Source: Escherichia phage JS98
Reading direction: 5' to 3' (one strand)
DNA: 64,000 bases
Sequence record: NC_010105.1
Shown here: positions 43,485 to 53,839 of the stretch, piece after piece
Numbering within the stretch: position 1 is the stretch's first letter
Layout of the letters: each line of letters opens with the position of its first letter
Program-made: the position numbers and the translations under genes
Notes under the pieces: generated by a model
Told to the model about the DNA's origin: nothing
The model's input: only the letters and a program-made list of their open reading frames with translations
The model's database searches: none

Positions 43485-44768
43485 ATGAAAAAGATTAATG
43501 CATTAATACAAGAATCAACTTTGACGGCGGCCAACCAGGTCGCCCGTCCTAATCTTCTTTCATATACCCAGGCAACTAATAAAAGAATTTTTAAAGCCCT
43601 TGTTGCTGAACAAAAAACTACTCAACCTGTTGCAGCATTATATGGTGTCCGTGTTTTAAACCCAGACGATAAAATGACTTATCTCGGCGGAGCCACTTTT
43701 GCAGGCGAAATTGGTATGTTCGAACGTAAAAACATTCCTGAGTTCACCGATAAAGACGAAGCATATGCTGTTGGCGATATGTTCCAATTCGAAAGTGTGG
43801 TTTTCAAGGTATTAGAAGCTTCTCCGTTTGCAGGAACAACTGAAACCGATTTGAGTGAAGTTATTTCAGAAGCTATTGCCGCGGGCCATATTCGTATGAT
43901 GTCTGATGCAGCCTTTACCAATAAATTTGAAAAAGGTCATCCTGAGATTGCTGAAGCAGGGTTCCGTATTGATAAGTGGCAGACTGAAGTTAAATCGCGT
44001 AAACTTAAAACTTCTTTGACTGTGGAACTGGCCCAGGATTTAGAATCCAACGGGTTTAATGCACCGGACTTTATAGACAATATTTTGGCTATTCAAATGG
44101 CTGAAGAAATTAATAAAGACGTATTACAGTCCTTAATTACAGTAAGTTCTCGTTTTAAAGTCCAAGGAGTTTCTGAGAAAGGTGTCTTGAACTTAACAGA
44201 CCCACAATACGATAACGCCCAAGACCGAGCACGTACCTTGTATTACTATATGTGTGAAATGAATTCTGCTGTTCAACGCCAGACTTCGTTTGCAGGTACT
44301 TATGCAGTAGCTTCTTCTCGCTGCGCTGCTATTTTAGCTGCATCCGGTTGGGTTGAGAAAAAAGAAGACCAAGACGAATTAGCTTATGGCGTATTAAAGA
44401 ACGGTCTACCACTTTATGCTGATATGAACAGCCCGTGTGATTATGTTATTGTCGGTGTAAATGCTCAGATGGGTGAAGGGCAGACGGTCGCATCTTTGTA
44501 TTATGCGCCTTATACGGAAGGGCTCGAAGAGGTTGATGATGAAGGTGATACTTCAGTAGGTGAATTCAAGGTTATTGTAGACCCGGATTCATTGCAACCT
44601 ACCATATCTTTATTGGCTCGGTATGCATTGACTGCGAATCCTTATACCGTCGCTAAAGACGACAAAGAAGCTCGTATTATTGATGGTGCGGATATGGACA
44701 AAATGGCTAATCAAAGTCAATTGAGTTCTTATCTTGGTGTAAAACTTCCTCCATTGGATAAAAACTAA
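43485..44768 (+). CDS. gp24 paralog (second head vertex protein-like gene)
   Basis: 427 aa, alignable along full length with the upstream gp24 but diverged (MKKINALIQESTLTAANQVARPNLL...). Confidence 0.8.
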   Translation: MKKINALIQESTLTAANQVARPNLLSYTQATNKRIFKALVAEQKTTQPVAALYGVRVLNPDDKMTYLGGATFAGEIGMFERKNIPEFTDKDEAYAVGDMFQFESVVFKVLEASPFAGTTETDLSEVISEAIAAGHIRMMSDAAFTNKFEKGHPEIAEAGFRIDKWQTEVKSRKLKTSLTVELAQDLESNGFNAPDFIDNILAIQMAEEINKDVLQSLITVSSRFKVQGVSEKGVLNLTDPQYDNAQDRARTLYYYMCEMNSAVQRQTSFAGTYAVASSRCAAILAASGWVEKKEDQDELAYGVLKNGLPLYADMNSPCDYVIVGVNAQMGEGQTVASLYYAPYTEGLEEVDDEGDTSVGEFKVIVDPDSLQPTISLLARYALTANPYTVAKDDKEARIIDGADMDKMANQSQLSSYLGVKLPPLDKN

Positions 44769-44789
44769 AAAGGGACCTTACGGTCCCTT
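44768..44789. terminator. bidirectional terminator between gp24 paralog and rnlB
   Basis: AAAGGGACC-TTAC-GGTCCCTTT with A-run and T-run flanks. Confidence 0.55.
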
Positions 44790-44796
44790 TGTCGTC

Positions 44797-45801
44797 TTAT
44801 GACACTAATTCAATCCATACGGCTCGTAAGGTATCTTTTACGCACTCAACGAGCTGCTTTTTAACTTCAACAGGATTTTCGGCATCAGTTAATTCTAATT
44901 CTTCACGGGCAGCTTCTTCAAGGATATCTTGAACTGTCAAGCCCATTACCTTTCCAAAATCCTTTTTAGATACTTCACCAATCTTACTGATGACATTATT
45001 AATGCGGTTAACAGTCACATAATCAGTGAATTGCCACATCAAATCCATATCATCTTGGGATAAAACCACTGCAGCTTTAATAGGCTTATCAGACTTTTTC
45101 TTCTCGCTGAATTTAGAGTTCTTACATTTAATCGCTACACGATTTCCATTAGGAAGCCAGGTAGGAATATCAGGTTTAAGTACAAAGCCTTCAGCCGTGA
45201 ATACTTTACCTTCTACCTTAGGAATAAAGTCTGTCGAGTTTGCAATAGTTAAGCCAGCGTTATCCACCGCAAAATTGTAATCTGGGATAACAGAATCAAA
45301 ATCATTAGGAAGTTTAATAAGGTCTTCAAAGCTACCAGTAGCCAAACATGGAGCTACCTTAAACTTATGGATAATACAGAAGGCTTCCATCAATGTATCG
45401 GTTAGAACAGATTCAGTGCCATCTTCCTTAGTAACTCGGATATCGAACACATAAAAGTCTTTATCACCGTAGTCCACATTCTTCTGGATACCTGGCCCAG
45501 CTAATTCGCCATAAATCTGGTATGACTGGTAATTAATCGATTCAATTAGATGTTGAACAGATTTAATAGAATCAGCGTAGTTCTTGAGTACAATTTCATA
45601 ACCATAGAAATCTTCAGCAGGGAGGATAGGGCCAGTGCGCTTGGCGCATGTGACTGCGTCACGTTCTATGATTAAACTAAAGTTGGTTCCATGAATCTTC
45701 TCACGTGCTACCCATTCACCACCAGTCAAACCGTTAGTACGGAGTTTTTCGATAAACTTACTGTTGTAGTGGTTTTCGAGACTGCTATATTTCTTGAACA
45801 T
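44797..45801 (-). CDS. rnlB: RNA ligase 2 (RnlB)
   Basis: 334 aa; near-identical N-terminus to T4 Rnl2 as recalled ([20 protein letters not shown]...); adenylation motif KIHGTN. Confidence 0.9.
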   Translation of the reverse strand: MFKKYSSLENHYNSKFIEKLRTNGLTGGEWVAREKIHGTNFSLIIERDAVTCAKRTGPILPAEDFYGYEIVLKNYADSIKSVQHLIESINYQSYQIYGELAGPGIQKNVDYGDKDFYVFDIRVTKEDGTESVLTDTLMEAFCIIHKFKVAPCLATGSFEDLIKLPNDFDSVIPDYNFAVDNAGLTIANSTDFIPKVEGKVFTAEGFVLKPDIPTWLPNGNRVAIKCKNSKFSEKKKSDKPIKAAVVLSQDDMDLMWQFTDYVTVNRINNVISKIGEVSKKDFGKVMGLTVQDILEEAAREELELTDAENPVEVKKQLVECVKDTLRAVWIELVS

Positions 45802-45915
45802 AAATCACCATAATAAATATAATTAAATAGAAGAGCTAGTAGTCTTCTGTCACCAAGCCAAATGGTTTAACGGAAGGACCTAGACCCATTATAACACACC
45901 TAAATTTAAAGCATA

Positions 45916-46125
45916 TTAATTTGAACTAGAACGCGCTTTGCGCCGAACCTTGTTGTTCAATCTTTTACGATAAACAATCTTTTCTTTCGCTTTAAATTTG
46001 GCCTTGGCTTGTTCTACATCAACCCATGCTTTGGCCATGTCCTTAGCGGTCCCGCCCATTTTTTTAGCAATTTCTATAAAATTCAACCCAGATTCGTGTA
46101 AAAAATGTACTTTAACCTTATCCAT
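45916..46125 (-). CDS. small basic protein (69 aa), possible DNA-binding
   Basis: ORF track; ATG; Lys/Arg-rich C-terminus; position of T4 24.2/24.3. Confidence 0.5.
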   Translation of the reverse strand: MDKVKVHFLHESGLNFIEIAKKMGGTAKDMAKAWVDVEQAKAKFKAKEKIVYRKRLNNKVRRKARSSSN

Positions 46126-46229
46126 AACAATTCTCTCGTTGAGTCGGTAAAACTCATCTTAACATAGAATTTTTAACTTGTAAACAGGAATTTTGTACTT
46201 TAATGCAAAATGGGCCTTGCGGCCCTTAA

Positions 46230-47078
46230 TTAATAAACGTAATCGTATATAATACCAGCTTCTAAAGCGGTGCGATGAATAATTCGTCCATTACGAGATT
46301 CTTGTACATCAACCTCCGGATAATCGGTAATCATTTTTTGAAGTGTATATCGGTGCAAATAATACGGGCTATCTGGGTCATCAGTTTTCCAGTCTTGTCC
46401 GGCAAGAGTCATTTTCTGAATTTCATCCATAACCCACCAACCACACCAGATATAAGCTGAATTACGTACTGGCAATGGATGAACGTAAGGTAATTCGCCA
46501 TCTGGAACAGGTGCGACTTTAGCTGTGACTGTTACATTACCAGTTTTTGTGACAGTTGCCTGGTTATAATCTGTAGCAGATACAACAACAGAAACTTCAA
46601 TTAACTGGGAACCTTCGGCGCTTGTGTCGATTGCTAAAGTATCCGTGGTGCCAACTACAGGAGAACCGTCTTTCTTCCAAGAATAGGCAAAAGTAGCACC
46701 AGCAGGCGCACCGGCTACAGTAGCTTTAAAAGAAGCCGGAGTTCCTTCAGGAACATTAATTGATTCTGGGGTTAATGTAACAGAAACACCTGACATTGTT
46801 TTATTCTGGATAGTTAAAGTTGTCTCAGCCTCAGCAGTTTCCGGTTCACCGTCTGCCGGAGTGGTAGTTGCAACAACTTTAATAGTCTTACTGCCTGCTG
46901 GACCAACAGCGACATAAGCCATTGCTGCAGTTACAGAAGATTGAGGAACGCCATCAACGGTCCAGACAAATGATTCGGTACCTTCAGCTGCAGCACCGGA
47001 ACCAGTCGCAGTGAAATTGGTTGTTGCTCCAATAACGGCCGTAGCCGCCAAAGGAGCAATATCTACGGTATAAGCCAT
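46230..47078 (-). CDS. hoc: Hoc head outer capsid protein
   Basis: Thr/Val-rich beta-rich N-terminal part followed by Trp-rich C-terminal module (AYIWCGWWVMDEIQKM); synteny next to inh. Confidence 0.75.
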   Translation of the reverse strand: MAYTVDIAPLAATAVIGATTNFTATGSGAAAEGTESFVWTVDGVPQSSVTAAMAYVAVGPAGSKTIKVVATTTPADGEPETAEAETTLTIQNKTMSGVSVTLTPESINVPEGTPASFKATVAGAPAGATFAYSWKKDGSPVVGTTDTLAIDTSAEGSQLIEVSVVVSATDYNQATVTKTGNVTVTAKVAPVPDGELPYVHPLPVRNSAYIWCGWWVMDEIQKMTLAGQDWKTDDPDSPYYLHRYTLQKMITDYPEVDVQESRNGRIIHRTALEAGIIYDYVY

Positions 47079-47087
47079 AATAAACCC

Positions 47088-47759
47088 TTATTTTAAAGTG
47101 ATAAAAGATGAGTTACGAGTTTCTCGTACTAGAACAGACCCATTACGATTGATGTAATAAATCAAGCTGAATAGCGTTTGGTGTGCGGTAGGATGTTGGA
47201 AACTGGTTGGACGTTCTTTCCAGTCCGGAGTCTCAGAAATCCACTGATAAATCCACCATGGAACAGTACAGAATCCAGGGTTCTTACCGATAAGCAAAAG
47301 ATTAGGACTGAAGTTTTCGGGTAAAGAGAACACAGGTTTTTCCGATTCAATAACCTTGGTTACAGCCTCTTTGAATTTCTCTTCGACAAACGGGACATCC
47401 TCTTCAATAATCTCTACCTTAGGAAGTTCGGCTACCTCTATTACTTCAACAACCGCCTCAGGAGCATCGAACAGCACGGTTGCTTCTTCTTTAGCTGGTT
47501 CTGCACCTTCGATAAAATCGTTATCACCGGTGAGTTCGTCAGCAGCATCAATCAAATCAGAAATAGACAAACCTTCGGTTTCTGGGAGTGGTTCGTCAGC
47601 CAAGGCTTTAAGCCCTTCAGAGATATCGATAATCAAATTATCAAACGAACGGGTTTTCTTAAGTTTTAAACCGAACTGTTCGCCGTATTCGATTAACTTA
47701 GCTTTAGCTTCTTTTTTATCTTCGAGTGCACGAAGCTCTTCAATATATTGAGTATCCAT
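47088..47759 (-). CDS. inh: Inh, inhibitor of prohead protease gp21
   Basis: 223 aa acidic protein; synteny between hoc and uvsW; late promoter on minus strand at 47793-47800. Confidence 0.7.
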   Translation of the reverse strand: MDTQYIEELRALEDKKEAKAKLIEYGEQFGLKLKKTRSFDNLIIDISEGLKALADEPLPETEGLSISDLIDAADELTGDNDFIEGAEPAKEEATVLFDAPEAVVEVIEVAELPKVEIIEEDVPFVEEKFKEAVTKVIESEKPVFSLPENFSPNLLLIGKNPGFCTVPWWIYQWISETPDWKERPTSFQHPTAHQTLFSLIYYINRNGSVLVRETRNSSFITLK

Positions 47760-47778
47760 AATTAGTCTCTTGTTGGTG

Positions 47779-47800
47779 TATAAATATAGTTATATTTATA
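47779..47800. promoter_or_regulatory. divergent late promoters (plus for uvsW, minus for inh/hoc)
   Basis: TATAAATA on plus at 47779-47786 and on minus at 47793-47800. Confidence 0.55.
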
Positions 47801-47814
47801 ACTGAGAATTACTT

Positions 47815-49311
47815 ATGCAAATTCAAGTACATTTTGATAATTTTAGTCATGTCCGTATCGAGTGTGATGAATCTACATTCTACGAACTCAGAGACTATTT
47901 TAGCTTTGAAGCTGATGGGTATAAATTCAACCCTAAATTTCGTTATGGGCAATGGGATGGACGTATTCGTCTTCTGGATTATAACCGTAAACTGCCTTAT
48001 GGACTTGTTCCTCAAATTAAAAAGTTCGCTGAACAATTTGAATATTCTCTGTGGATTGACCCACGTATTCTTGAACAGGAAGATATTTCTCGTGAAGATT
48101 TTGACTCATGGGTAGCTTCTCAAGAAATTTATTCAGGGTCTACCAAGATTGAGCCTCATTGGTATCAGAATGAAGCCGTATACAACGGCCTGACAAAACG
48201 TCGCGCAATTCTGAATTTACCTACATCCGCAGGTAAATCATTAATCCAGGCACTCCTGAGTCGATATTACGTTGAGAACTATGAAGGTAAAATCCTTATC
48301 TTAGTTCCTACTACTGCACTTGTCGACCAGATGATTAATGACTTCATTGATTATCGTTTGTTCCCTAAAGATGCTATGCTTGGTATTCGTTCAGGTACTG
48401 CTCGTGATTCCGATGCAATGATTTATGTTTCAACTTATCAAACGGCTATTAAACAACCTAAAGAATGGTTTGCTCAGTTTGGTATGTTTATGAACGACGA
48501 ATGCCATTTGGCAACAGGTAAATCAATTTCTACTATCATCGAAGGCCTAACCAATTGTATGTTTAAATTCGGTTTGTCTGGTTCTTTAAAAGATGGTAAA
48601 GCCAATTTAATGCAATATATGGGTTTATTTGGTGATGTGTTTAAGCCAGTATCCACTTCGCAGTTAATGGAAGAAGGACAGGTTACAGACCTTAAAATCA
48701 ACAGTATTTTCCTTCGGTACCCAGACGAATTCACTGTTAAGATGAAAGGTAAAGATTACCAATCAGAAATAAAGGTCATTACTAAGGCTACTCGTCGTAA
48801 TAAATGGGTTGCTAATTTAGCTGTTAAACTCGCTAAGAAAGAAGAGAACGTATTCCTGATGTTTAAAAACATCGAGCACGGTAAAACTCTTTTTGAAATG
48901 GTTAAAGAGCAACATAAAGAAGTTTATTACGTATCAGGTGAAGTTAATACCGAAACGCGTAATGCTCTGAAAGTAATGGCGGAAAATGGTAAGGGTATTA
49001 TTGTTGTGGCAAGTTATGGTGTGTTCTCTACTGGTATTTCCGTTAAGAACCTTCACCATGTTGTATTTGCTCATCCGGTAAAATCCAAAATCATTGTACT
49101 CCAGACAATCGGTCGTGTACTCCGTAAACATGCTTCTAAATCAACAGCACAAGTTTGGGACATTATAGACGACATGGGCGTTAAGCCTAAATCAGCAAAT
49201 GCTAAAAAGAAATATGTTCATTTGAATTATGCATTAAAACATGCCTTAGAACGTATTCAACGTTATGCTGACGAGAAATTTAATTACGTAATGAAACAGG
49301 TGGATTTATGA
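47815..49311 (+). CDS. uvsW: UvsW DNA/RNA helicase
   Basis: Near-identical to T4 UvsW as recalled (HWYQ, LNLPTSAGKS, DECH box); late promoter 47779-47786. Confidence 0.9.
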   Translation: MQIQVHFDNFSHVRIECDESTFYELRDYFSFEADGYKFNPKFRYGQWDGRIRLLDYNRKLPYGLVPQIKKFAEQFEYSLWIDPRILEQEDISREDFDSWVASQEIYSGSTKIEPHWYQNEAVYNGLTKRRAILNLPTSAGKSLIQALLSRYYVENYEGKILILVPTTALVDQMINDFIDYRLFPKDAMLGIRSGTARDSDAMIYVSTYQTAIKQPKEWFAQFGMFMNDECHLATGKSISTIIEGLTNCMFKFGLSGSLKDGKANLMQYMGLFGDVFKPVSTSQLMEEGQVTDLKINSIFLRYPDEFTVKMKGKDYQSEIKVITKATRRNKWVANLAVKLAKKEENVFLMFKNIEHGKTLFEMVKEQHKEVYYVSGEVNTETRNALKVMAENGKGIIVVASYGVFSTGISVKNLHHVVFAHPVKSKIIVLQTIGRVLRKHASKSTAQVWDIIDDMGVKPKSANAKKKYVHLNYALKHALERIQRYADEKFNYVMKQVDL

Positions 49312-49535
49312 AGTCCTTTAAAGAAGTTATCTATGAAGCCTCTATCGAGAGCTTCATGTCTAAAATTAGTTCCTGTCAGACCATGGAAGGTCTGGAGGAA
49401 TTAGAGAAGTATTACAAAACTCGTAGTAAGGAAGCCGAACTTCGTGATTCGGATGATATCAGCGTACGCGATGCATTGGCTGGTAAGAGAGCCGAATTGG
49501 AGTCGATGGACGACGAGGAAGAGGAAGATTTCTAA
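49308..49535 (+). CDS. uvsW.1: UvsW.1
   Basis: 75 aa with acidic C-terminus; ATGA overlap with uvsW. Confidence 0.75.
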   Translation: MKSFKEVIYEASIESFMSKISSCQTMEGLEELEKYYKTRSKEAELRDSDDISVRDALAGKRAELESMDDEEEEDF

Positions 49536-49543
49536 ACAAAAAG

Positions 49544-49565
49544 GGCCCAACCTTTCGGAAGGGCC
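49544..49565 (-). terminator. rho-independent terminator (repeat copy 3)
   Basis: Identical 22-nt hairpin after the uvsY operon; U-run on minus strand. Confidence 0.55.
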
Positions 49566-49595
49566 AATAACCATAAAATGGCTATACACACTAGA

Positions 49596-49763
49596 CTAAA
49601 GTAATAATTGTGTTTCGTTCAGCTGTTCTTCAGTGTTTTCCGTAACAGGCATGCTTTGAACGTAATTATAACATGAACCCGGATGAACCGGACCTTTTTC
49701 TGTTTCAACAACCAATGCAGCATCGATTGGAGTTTTACAGACAACGCAAATCTTATCTGACAT
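49596..49763 (-). CDS. small Cys-rich protein (55 aa), uvsY.-2 position
   Basis: Hand-translated: MSDKICVVCKTPIDAALVVETEKGPVHPGSCYNYVQSMPVTENTEEQLNETQLLL; AGGAGA SD; below ORF-track size cutoff. Confidence 0.5.
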   Translation of the reverse strand: MSDKICVVCKTPIDAALVVETEKGPVHPGSCYNYVQSMPVTENTEEQLNETQLLL

Positions 49764-49791
49764 GATTGTCTCCTTAGTTTAACTTACATAT

Positions 49792-49890
49792 CTATTTATT
49801 ACTTGCTAAAGCGGCATTAATGAATTCTTGGAGAAGTTTCATCTTATTGGCATCTACTTTAATGGGTTTGGTATTTTTAGTACGTCTCAT
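49792..49890 (-). CDS. small basic protein (32 aa), uvsY.-1 position
   Basis: Hand-translated MRRTKNTKPIKVDANKMKLLQEFINAALASNK; TAATG overlap with uvsY stop. Confidence 0.35.
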   Translation of the reverse strand: MRRTKNTKPIKVDANKMKLLQEFINAALASNK

Positions 49891-50324
49891 TATTTGCCAG
49901 CCTCAAATTGTCTCATTTCATGCATGGTCTTAAGGTTAAAACCTCGCGCCTTAATAGCATCCAGTGCCGAACTACAAAAGTCCTGTAATAAAGCCCAATA
50001 CTGGATTGATGTATCTATTTTAATCACGCTAGAATCTGCGGCCATTACAGTCTTTAATTCTGACTTCTCGTATTGGTCCATACAAACCTCATCACCAGGC
50101 TCTCCACGTCCCGTGTAGAAATCTAATCGCTTCTTAAGAGAGGTCTTTTTCTGGATTTCTAATCGCATTATCTCTTTCTTACAATTCGTATACAGCCTTA
50201 GCCATTTGCTGTGCAGCAAAACGTTATTCTGTACTTCATACTGTAAACGAGTCCCATCAATCTTTAAATCTTCATCCAAAGCATCTTGGAATGATTCCAA
50301 TTTATATTCAATCTCTTTACTCAT
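49890..50324 (-). CDS. uvsY: UvsY recombination mediator protein
   Basis: Matches T4 UvsY as recalled (TRLQYE..NNV.L.SKWL, RGFNLKTMHEMRQFEAGK); ATG 50324 with AGGAAA SD (ORF track start 50357 is further upstream). Confidence 0.9.
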   Translation of the reverse strand: MSKEIEYKLESFQDALDEDLKIDGTRLQYEVQNNVLLHSKWLRLYTNCKKEIMRLEIQKKTSLKKRLDFYTGRGEPGDEVCMDQYEKSELKTVMAADSSVIKIDTSIQYWALLQDFCSSALDAIKARGFNLKTMHEMRQFEAGK

Positions 50325-50355
50325 CGCATGTTTCCTGTGTAATAACCATAGGACC

Positions 50356-50382
50356 ATTATACACTATTCATTTGAACAGCAA
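50356..50382 (-). promoter_or_regulatory. candidate MotA-dependent middle promoter for uvsY
   Basis: Minus strand TTGCTGTTCA about 14 nt upstream of TATAAT in the 25-uvsY intergenic region. Confidence 0.3.
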
Positions 50383-50772
50383 TTAACCACTCTGTGAGAG
50401 CTGGATTCTAATTTGCTCTAATGTATCCGGGTCATCAACAATACTAAACTGGACGGTTACTATAATAGAGTTGTCATCATAAACAGGGGTAACGCCTACG
50501 GCAAGGGCAGAAATTCTAGGTTCGAAGTTCCGCACAGCGGAAACTATATTACGCTTAATGGTATCCGTAATTAATGGGGTGATATTCTCAAATAGTTGAT
50601 TACTGATATCACAACCAAATTCAGGCATAAAAGGGCGAGAACCTTTACGAGTAGTAATAATGCCTAACAAACTATTTTTTACTGCACGGGCCCCTGTAGC
50701 TTTAGCGACGTCTCTATTCCAAGACGTCCTCATTTCAGGGTCTAAATCTGAATACATTTTATCGATATTCAT
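50383..50772 (-). CDS. 25: gp25 baseplate wedge subunit
   Basis: Matches T4 gp25 as recalled (LLGIITTRKGSRPF.PEFGCD). Confidence 0.9.
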   Translation of the reverse strand: MNIDKMYSDLDPEMRTSWNRDVAKATGARAVKNSLLGIITTRKGSRPFMPEFGCDISNQLFENITPLITDTIKRNIVSAVRNFEPRISALAVGVTPVYDDNSIIVTVQFSIVDDPDTLEQIRIQLSQSG

Positions 50773-51395
50773 TACATCACCTTAAAGAACTCTTTAAGTC
50801 CCTCAATAACGTGGACGGTATGCTCACCACATTCACAAGAAATAGGTATGGCCAAAATAGGCTTAGGGGCGACTAGAGCATCATAAATTTCTTTTACATC
50901 TTTTTCTGTTATCACAGAATAAAGGTCGTCTAGTTCCGCATCACTTAAATCAGAAAGAAGAAGCTTTTCGCCTGCAGAAGTTAAAATATAATCGATACAT
51001 CCTGCAACCATCATAGCCCTATTTTTGTCTTCAAAGAGCTTAGGATATCTGAACACTATTTTAAAGTTGCCGAAGTCCTTAATAATATCAGGCTCTTTAC
51101 CTAATGTAGCGCGAGTTAACGTCATAGGGACAATCTGTGAGCGACCACAACTACAAACCCACTCACGTTCTATATTCACTTCAGCTAGTGAATGGGCCCA
51201 CAGGTTTATCACCAGGAGCTCAGATTCTTGCTTGTTTAAACCACGAGCATCTGTGCAATTCAAAATGAGTTCATTGATAAAGGGCTCTATTCTGTCTTCT
51301 AATTTAGCTTGGAGCAAGTCCTTATACTCTCTGAGGGTAAATGCTCTGCATTTTATGGTCTTGTTTTTAATTTTTACGTCAAAAGTATAATTCAT
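50772..51395 (-). CDS. 26: gp26 baseplate hub subunit
   Basis: 207 aa, synteny; minus-strand late promoter 51414-51421. Confidence 0.8.
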   Translation of the reverse strand: MNYTFDVKIKNKTIKCRAFTLREYKDLLQAKLEDRIEPFINELILNCTDARGLNKQESELLVINLWAHSLAEVNIEREWVCSCGRSQIVPMTLTRATLGKEPDIIKDFGNFKIVFRYPKLFEDKNRAMMVAGCIDYILTSAGEKLLLSDLSDAELDDLYSVITEKDVKEIYDALVAPKPILAIPISCECGEHTVHVIEGLKEFFKVM

Positions 51396-51413
51396 TGTCT
51401 TCTCCTTTAAGCT

Positions 51414-51425
51414 TATTTATAAATA
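51414..51425. promoter_or_regulatory. overlapping divergent late promoters (minus for 26/25, plus for 51-27-28-29)
   Basis: Sequence TATTTATAAATA contains TATAAATA on both strands. Confidence 0.55.
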
Positions 51426-51445
51426 CATCAATAAGAGGATACCCT

Positions 51446-52198
51446 ATGGCTAATATAGTACGTTGCGAAATGCCTGATGGAGTCCACCGATTTAAACCTT
51501 TTACAGTAGCTGATTATCGTGATTTTATTTTGATTCGAAATGATATGAATAATAAATCACCTGAAGAGCAAAAACAAATTTTAGATGAGTTACTGGAAGA
51601 ATACTTTGGTGAGTACCCTGTGTCATGGCGCCCATACATGTTTATTGAATTGTATACGTCATCTCTCGGCAAGACCAAAATTCCTATCCGATACACTTGC
51701 AGTAAGTGTGAAAAGGATAAACAAGTCTTATTCAATTTGAAGCAGGCCAAGTTAGATAACCCTACAATTGAAGTGGCTGGCTTGAAACTAACATTCAAAT
51801 TTCCGGAAATAGAATATCACGACAAATCTGAATTGATTTTGAACACCCTCCAAACAGTAGAAGATGAAAATGGGACCTATAATTGGACTGACCTTTCTGA
51901 AGAAGACCAGTTAGCCGTAATAGATGCTATAGACTTATCTACTTTAGAGGATATAGTCAAACAAACAAGCCCTATTCATTTCGAGCTCAAATACGGGTGC
52001 TGTAATCGTAGAACAATTACATACACTGACATTTTAGAAGTGTTTAAACTTATAGTCAATCCGGATGAGATATTTTTATTTTACCAAATAAACCATTTAC
52101 TGGTAAAGAACAATTATTCATTAGAAAGCATTATGCAGATGATTCCAATTGAACGCGGCATTGCTTTGTCTTTGGTTGAAAAGGACCTTAAGAAATGA
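51446..52198 (+). CDS. 51: gp51 baseplate hub assembly catalyst
   Basis: ORF track 51395 start trimmed to ATG 51446 (AAGAGGA SD), giving 250 aa; plus-strand late promoter 51418-51425. Confidence 0.75.
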   Translation: MANIVRCEMPDGVHRFKPFTVADYRDFILIRNDMNNKSPEEQKQILDELLEEYFGEYPVSWRPYMFIELYTSSLGKTKIPIRYTCSKCEKDKQVLFNLKQAKLDNPTIEVAGLKLTFKFPEIEYHDKSELILNTLQTVEDENGTYNWTDLSEEDQLAVIDAIDLSTLEDIVKQTSPIHFELKYGCCNRRTITYTDILEVFKLIVNPDEIFLFYQINHLLVKNNYSLESIMQMIPIERGIALSLVEKDLKK

Positions 52199-53364
52199 GT
52201 TCAAAAACTATGCAGCGTGAAGGCTTTCCTAATATTAGTATACGCCTTTACGAAGATTATGACGCCTGGTTAGAGCATCGTTTTGTTGAACTAGGCGCGA
52301 CATTTACTACCCTAACAATGCGAGATGGTCTTTATGGTAATAATGAAGGATTGCTCCAGTTTTATGATGCAAAAAACCTTCATACTAAAATGGATGGTGA
52401 ACAAATTATCCAAGTTTCTGTTAAGAATGCCAACTCGGAACGTACCCAATCAAGAATTTACGGAAGTAAACACTTTGCAGTAGGGGTGGATTCTAAGGGC
52501 GACAATATCATAACAATACAACTCGCCCCTATCCACTTTTTAGAAAATCTTAAATTCGGACGTATGTTCTTCCCTAGTGTTCAAGAAACATTAACCGAAA
52601 TGATTGGGGTTATTTATCAAGACCGACCACTCCTTGCACCTCCATTGAACGGGATAAACGTTTATGTTCCTAATGTTCCTTGGTGTGATTCTATGGACAG
52701 ATATATGGAATTTGTGCGAGAAGTAGGTATGGCTGTTGAATCCGATAAATTTGTATTTGTCTGGGAAGATATAGATGGTATTTCTATCATGGACTACGAA
52801 TTTATGGTTAATCAAGAGCCTATCAATTTTGTGGTTGGCGAGCCTCGTTTAATAGGCCAATACGTTCAAGATATGGATACTCCTATTGCATTTGATTTTG
52901 AGTGGTTAACTAAAGCCAACCAACATACCCGAAAACCGTACGAAAATGCTACAGTATATGCCCATTCGTTCCTAGATAAAAACGCCACACGAATTACTTT
53001 TGGTGATGGGCAAAACAGTATATTGGTTTCTCGTTCAGGTGGATATTCTGATTATACCTACCGAAACGGGTTTGAAGAAGCTGATAGATTGGTTACTATG
53101 GCCCAGTATGATGGGTACGCTCATTGCAAGGTATATGGGAACTTTGAATTAACTCCGGGTGATAAGATTAATTTCTACGACCCTAAAAACCAGTTCCAAT
53201 ACGATTTTTATGTAGACGAAGTTATTCATGAAGTGAGTAACAATACATCAATTACAAACCTTTATATGTTTACTAATGGTAAGCCTATTAAGATTGAAGA
53301 GCCACCGAAGGTTAAAAATGAACTTAAAACTGATACTCCCGATCAAGAAAATAACGCTGGGTGA
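52195..53364 (+). CDS. 27: gp27 baseplate hub subunit
   Basis: 389 aa, synteny, ATGA overlap with gp51. Confidence 0.85.
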   Translation: MSSKTMQREGFPNISIRLYEDYDAWLEHRFVELGATFTTLTMRDGLYGNNEGLLQFYDAKNLHTKMDGEQIIQVSVKNANSERTQSRIYGSKHFAVGVDSKGDNIITIQLAPIHFLENLKFGRMFFPSVQETLTEMIGVIYQDRPLLAPPLNGINVYVPNVPWCDSMDRYMEFVREVGMAVESDKFVFVWEDIDGISIMDYEFMVNQEPINFVVGEPRLIGQYVQDMDTPIAFDFEWLTKANQHTRKPYENATVYAHSFLDKNATRITFGDGQNSILVSRSGGYSDYTYRNGFEEADRLVTMAQYDGYAHCKVYGNFELTPGDKINFYDPKNQFQYDFYVDEVIHEVSNNTSITNLYMFTNGKPIKIEEPPKVKNELKTDTPDQENNAG

Positions 53365-53839
53365 TAAAGAGATTTCCATTCCTAAATTGGGTCTTAAACA
53401 CCAAAAATTGGTTAAAGATGAAAAAGACCCTTATAAAGCTCTTCATATATTAATGAGTTCCATTTATAAGGGTTTAACTGCAGCCGAAACCGATTTCGCT
53501 GCTCTTCATCTTTTAGAATTCAACGGACGGCTAAAAGAAAAGGTAACTAAGGATGGGTTTACGTATAACCTAAATGACCTTTATATCTGCCAACGTCTTG
53601 AATTCCAATTCCAAGGTAAAACATTTAAATTTAAATCACATGAACCGTTCCAAACATTTGGTCCTGTTGATAGTGTATTACAATCCCTTTACCTTGGGGA
53701 CGATGTACCAGATTTTCTGGATATGCCTGCCTTTGTTGCTACATGGGCCGACGATATAACTTCTACTGTAGCTATCCCTGGTCCTAATGGTCCTATTAAA
53801 GGATTGCTTAAAATCATGGATATCTTAAATGAAGAATGA
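53318..53839 (+). CDS. 28: gp28 baseplate hub distal subunit
   Basis: ATG 53318 overlapping the gp27 3' end; synteny. Confidence 0.7.
   Translation: MNLKLILPIKKITLGDKEISIPKLGLKHQKLVKDEKDPYKALHILMSSIYKGLTAAETDFAALHLLEFNGRLKEKVTKDGFTYNLNDLYICQRLEFQFQGKTFKFKSHEPFQTFGPVDSVLQSLYLGDDVPDFLDMPAFVATWADDITSTVAIPGPNGPIKGLLKIMDILNEE

Noticed and set aside
47356-47751. 131-aa plus-strand ORF
   Set aside because: Antisense to inh; Ser-rich low-complexity translation.
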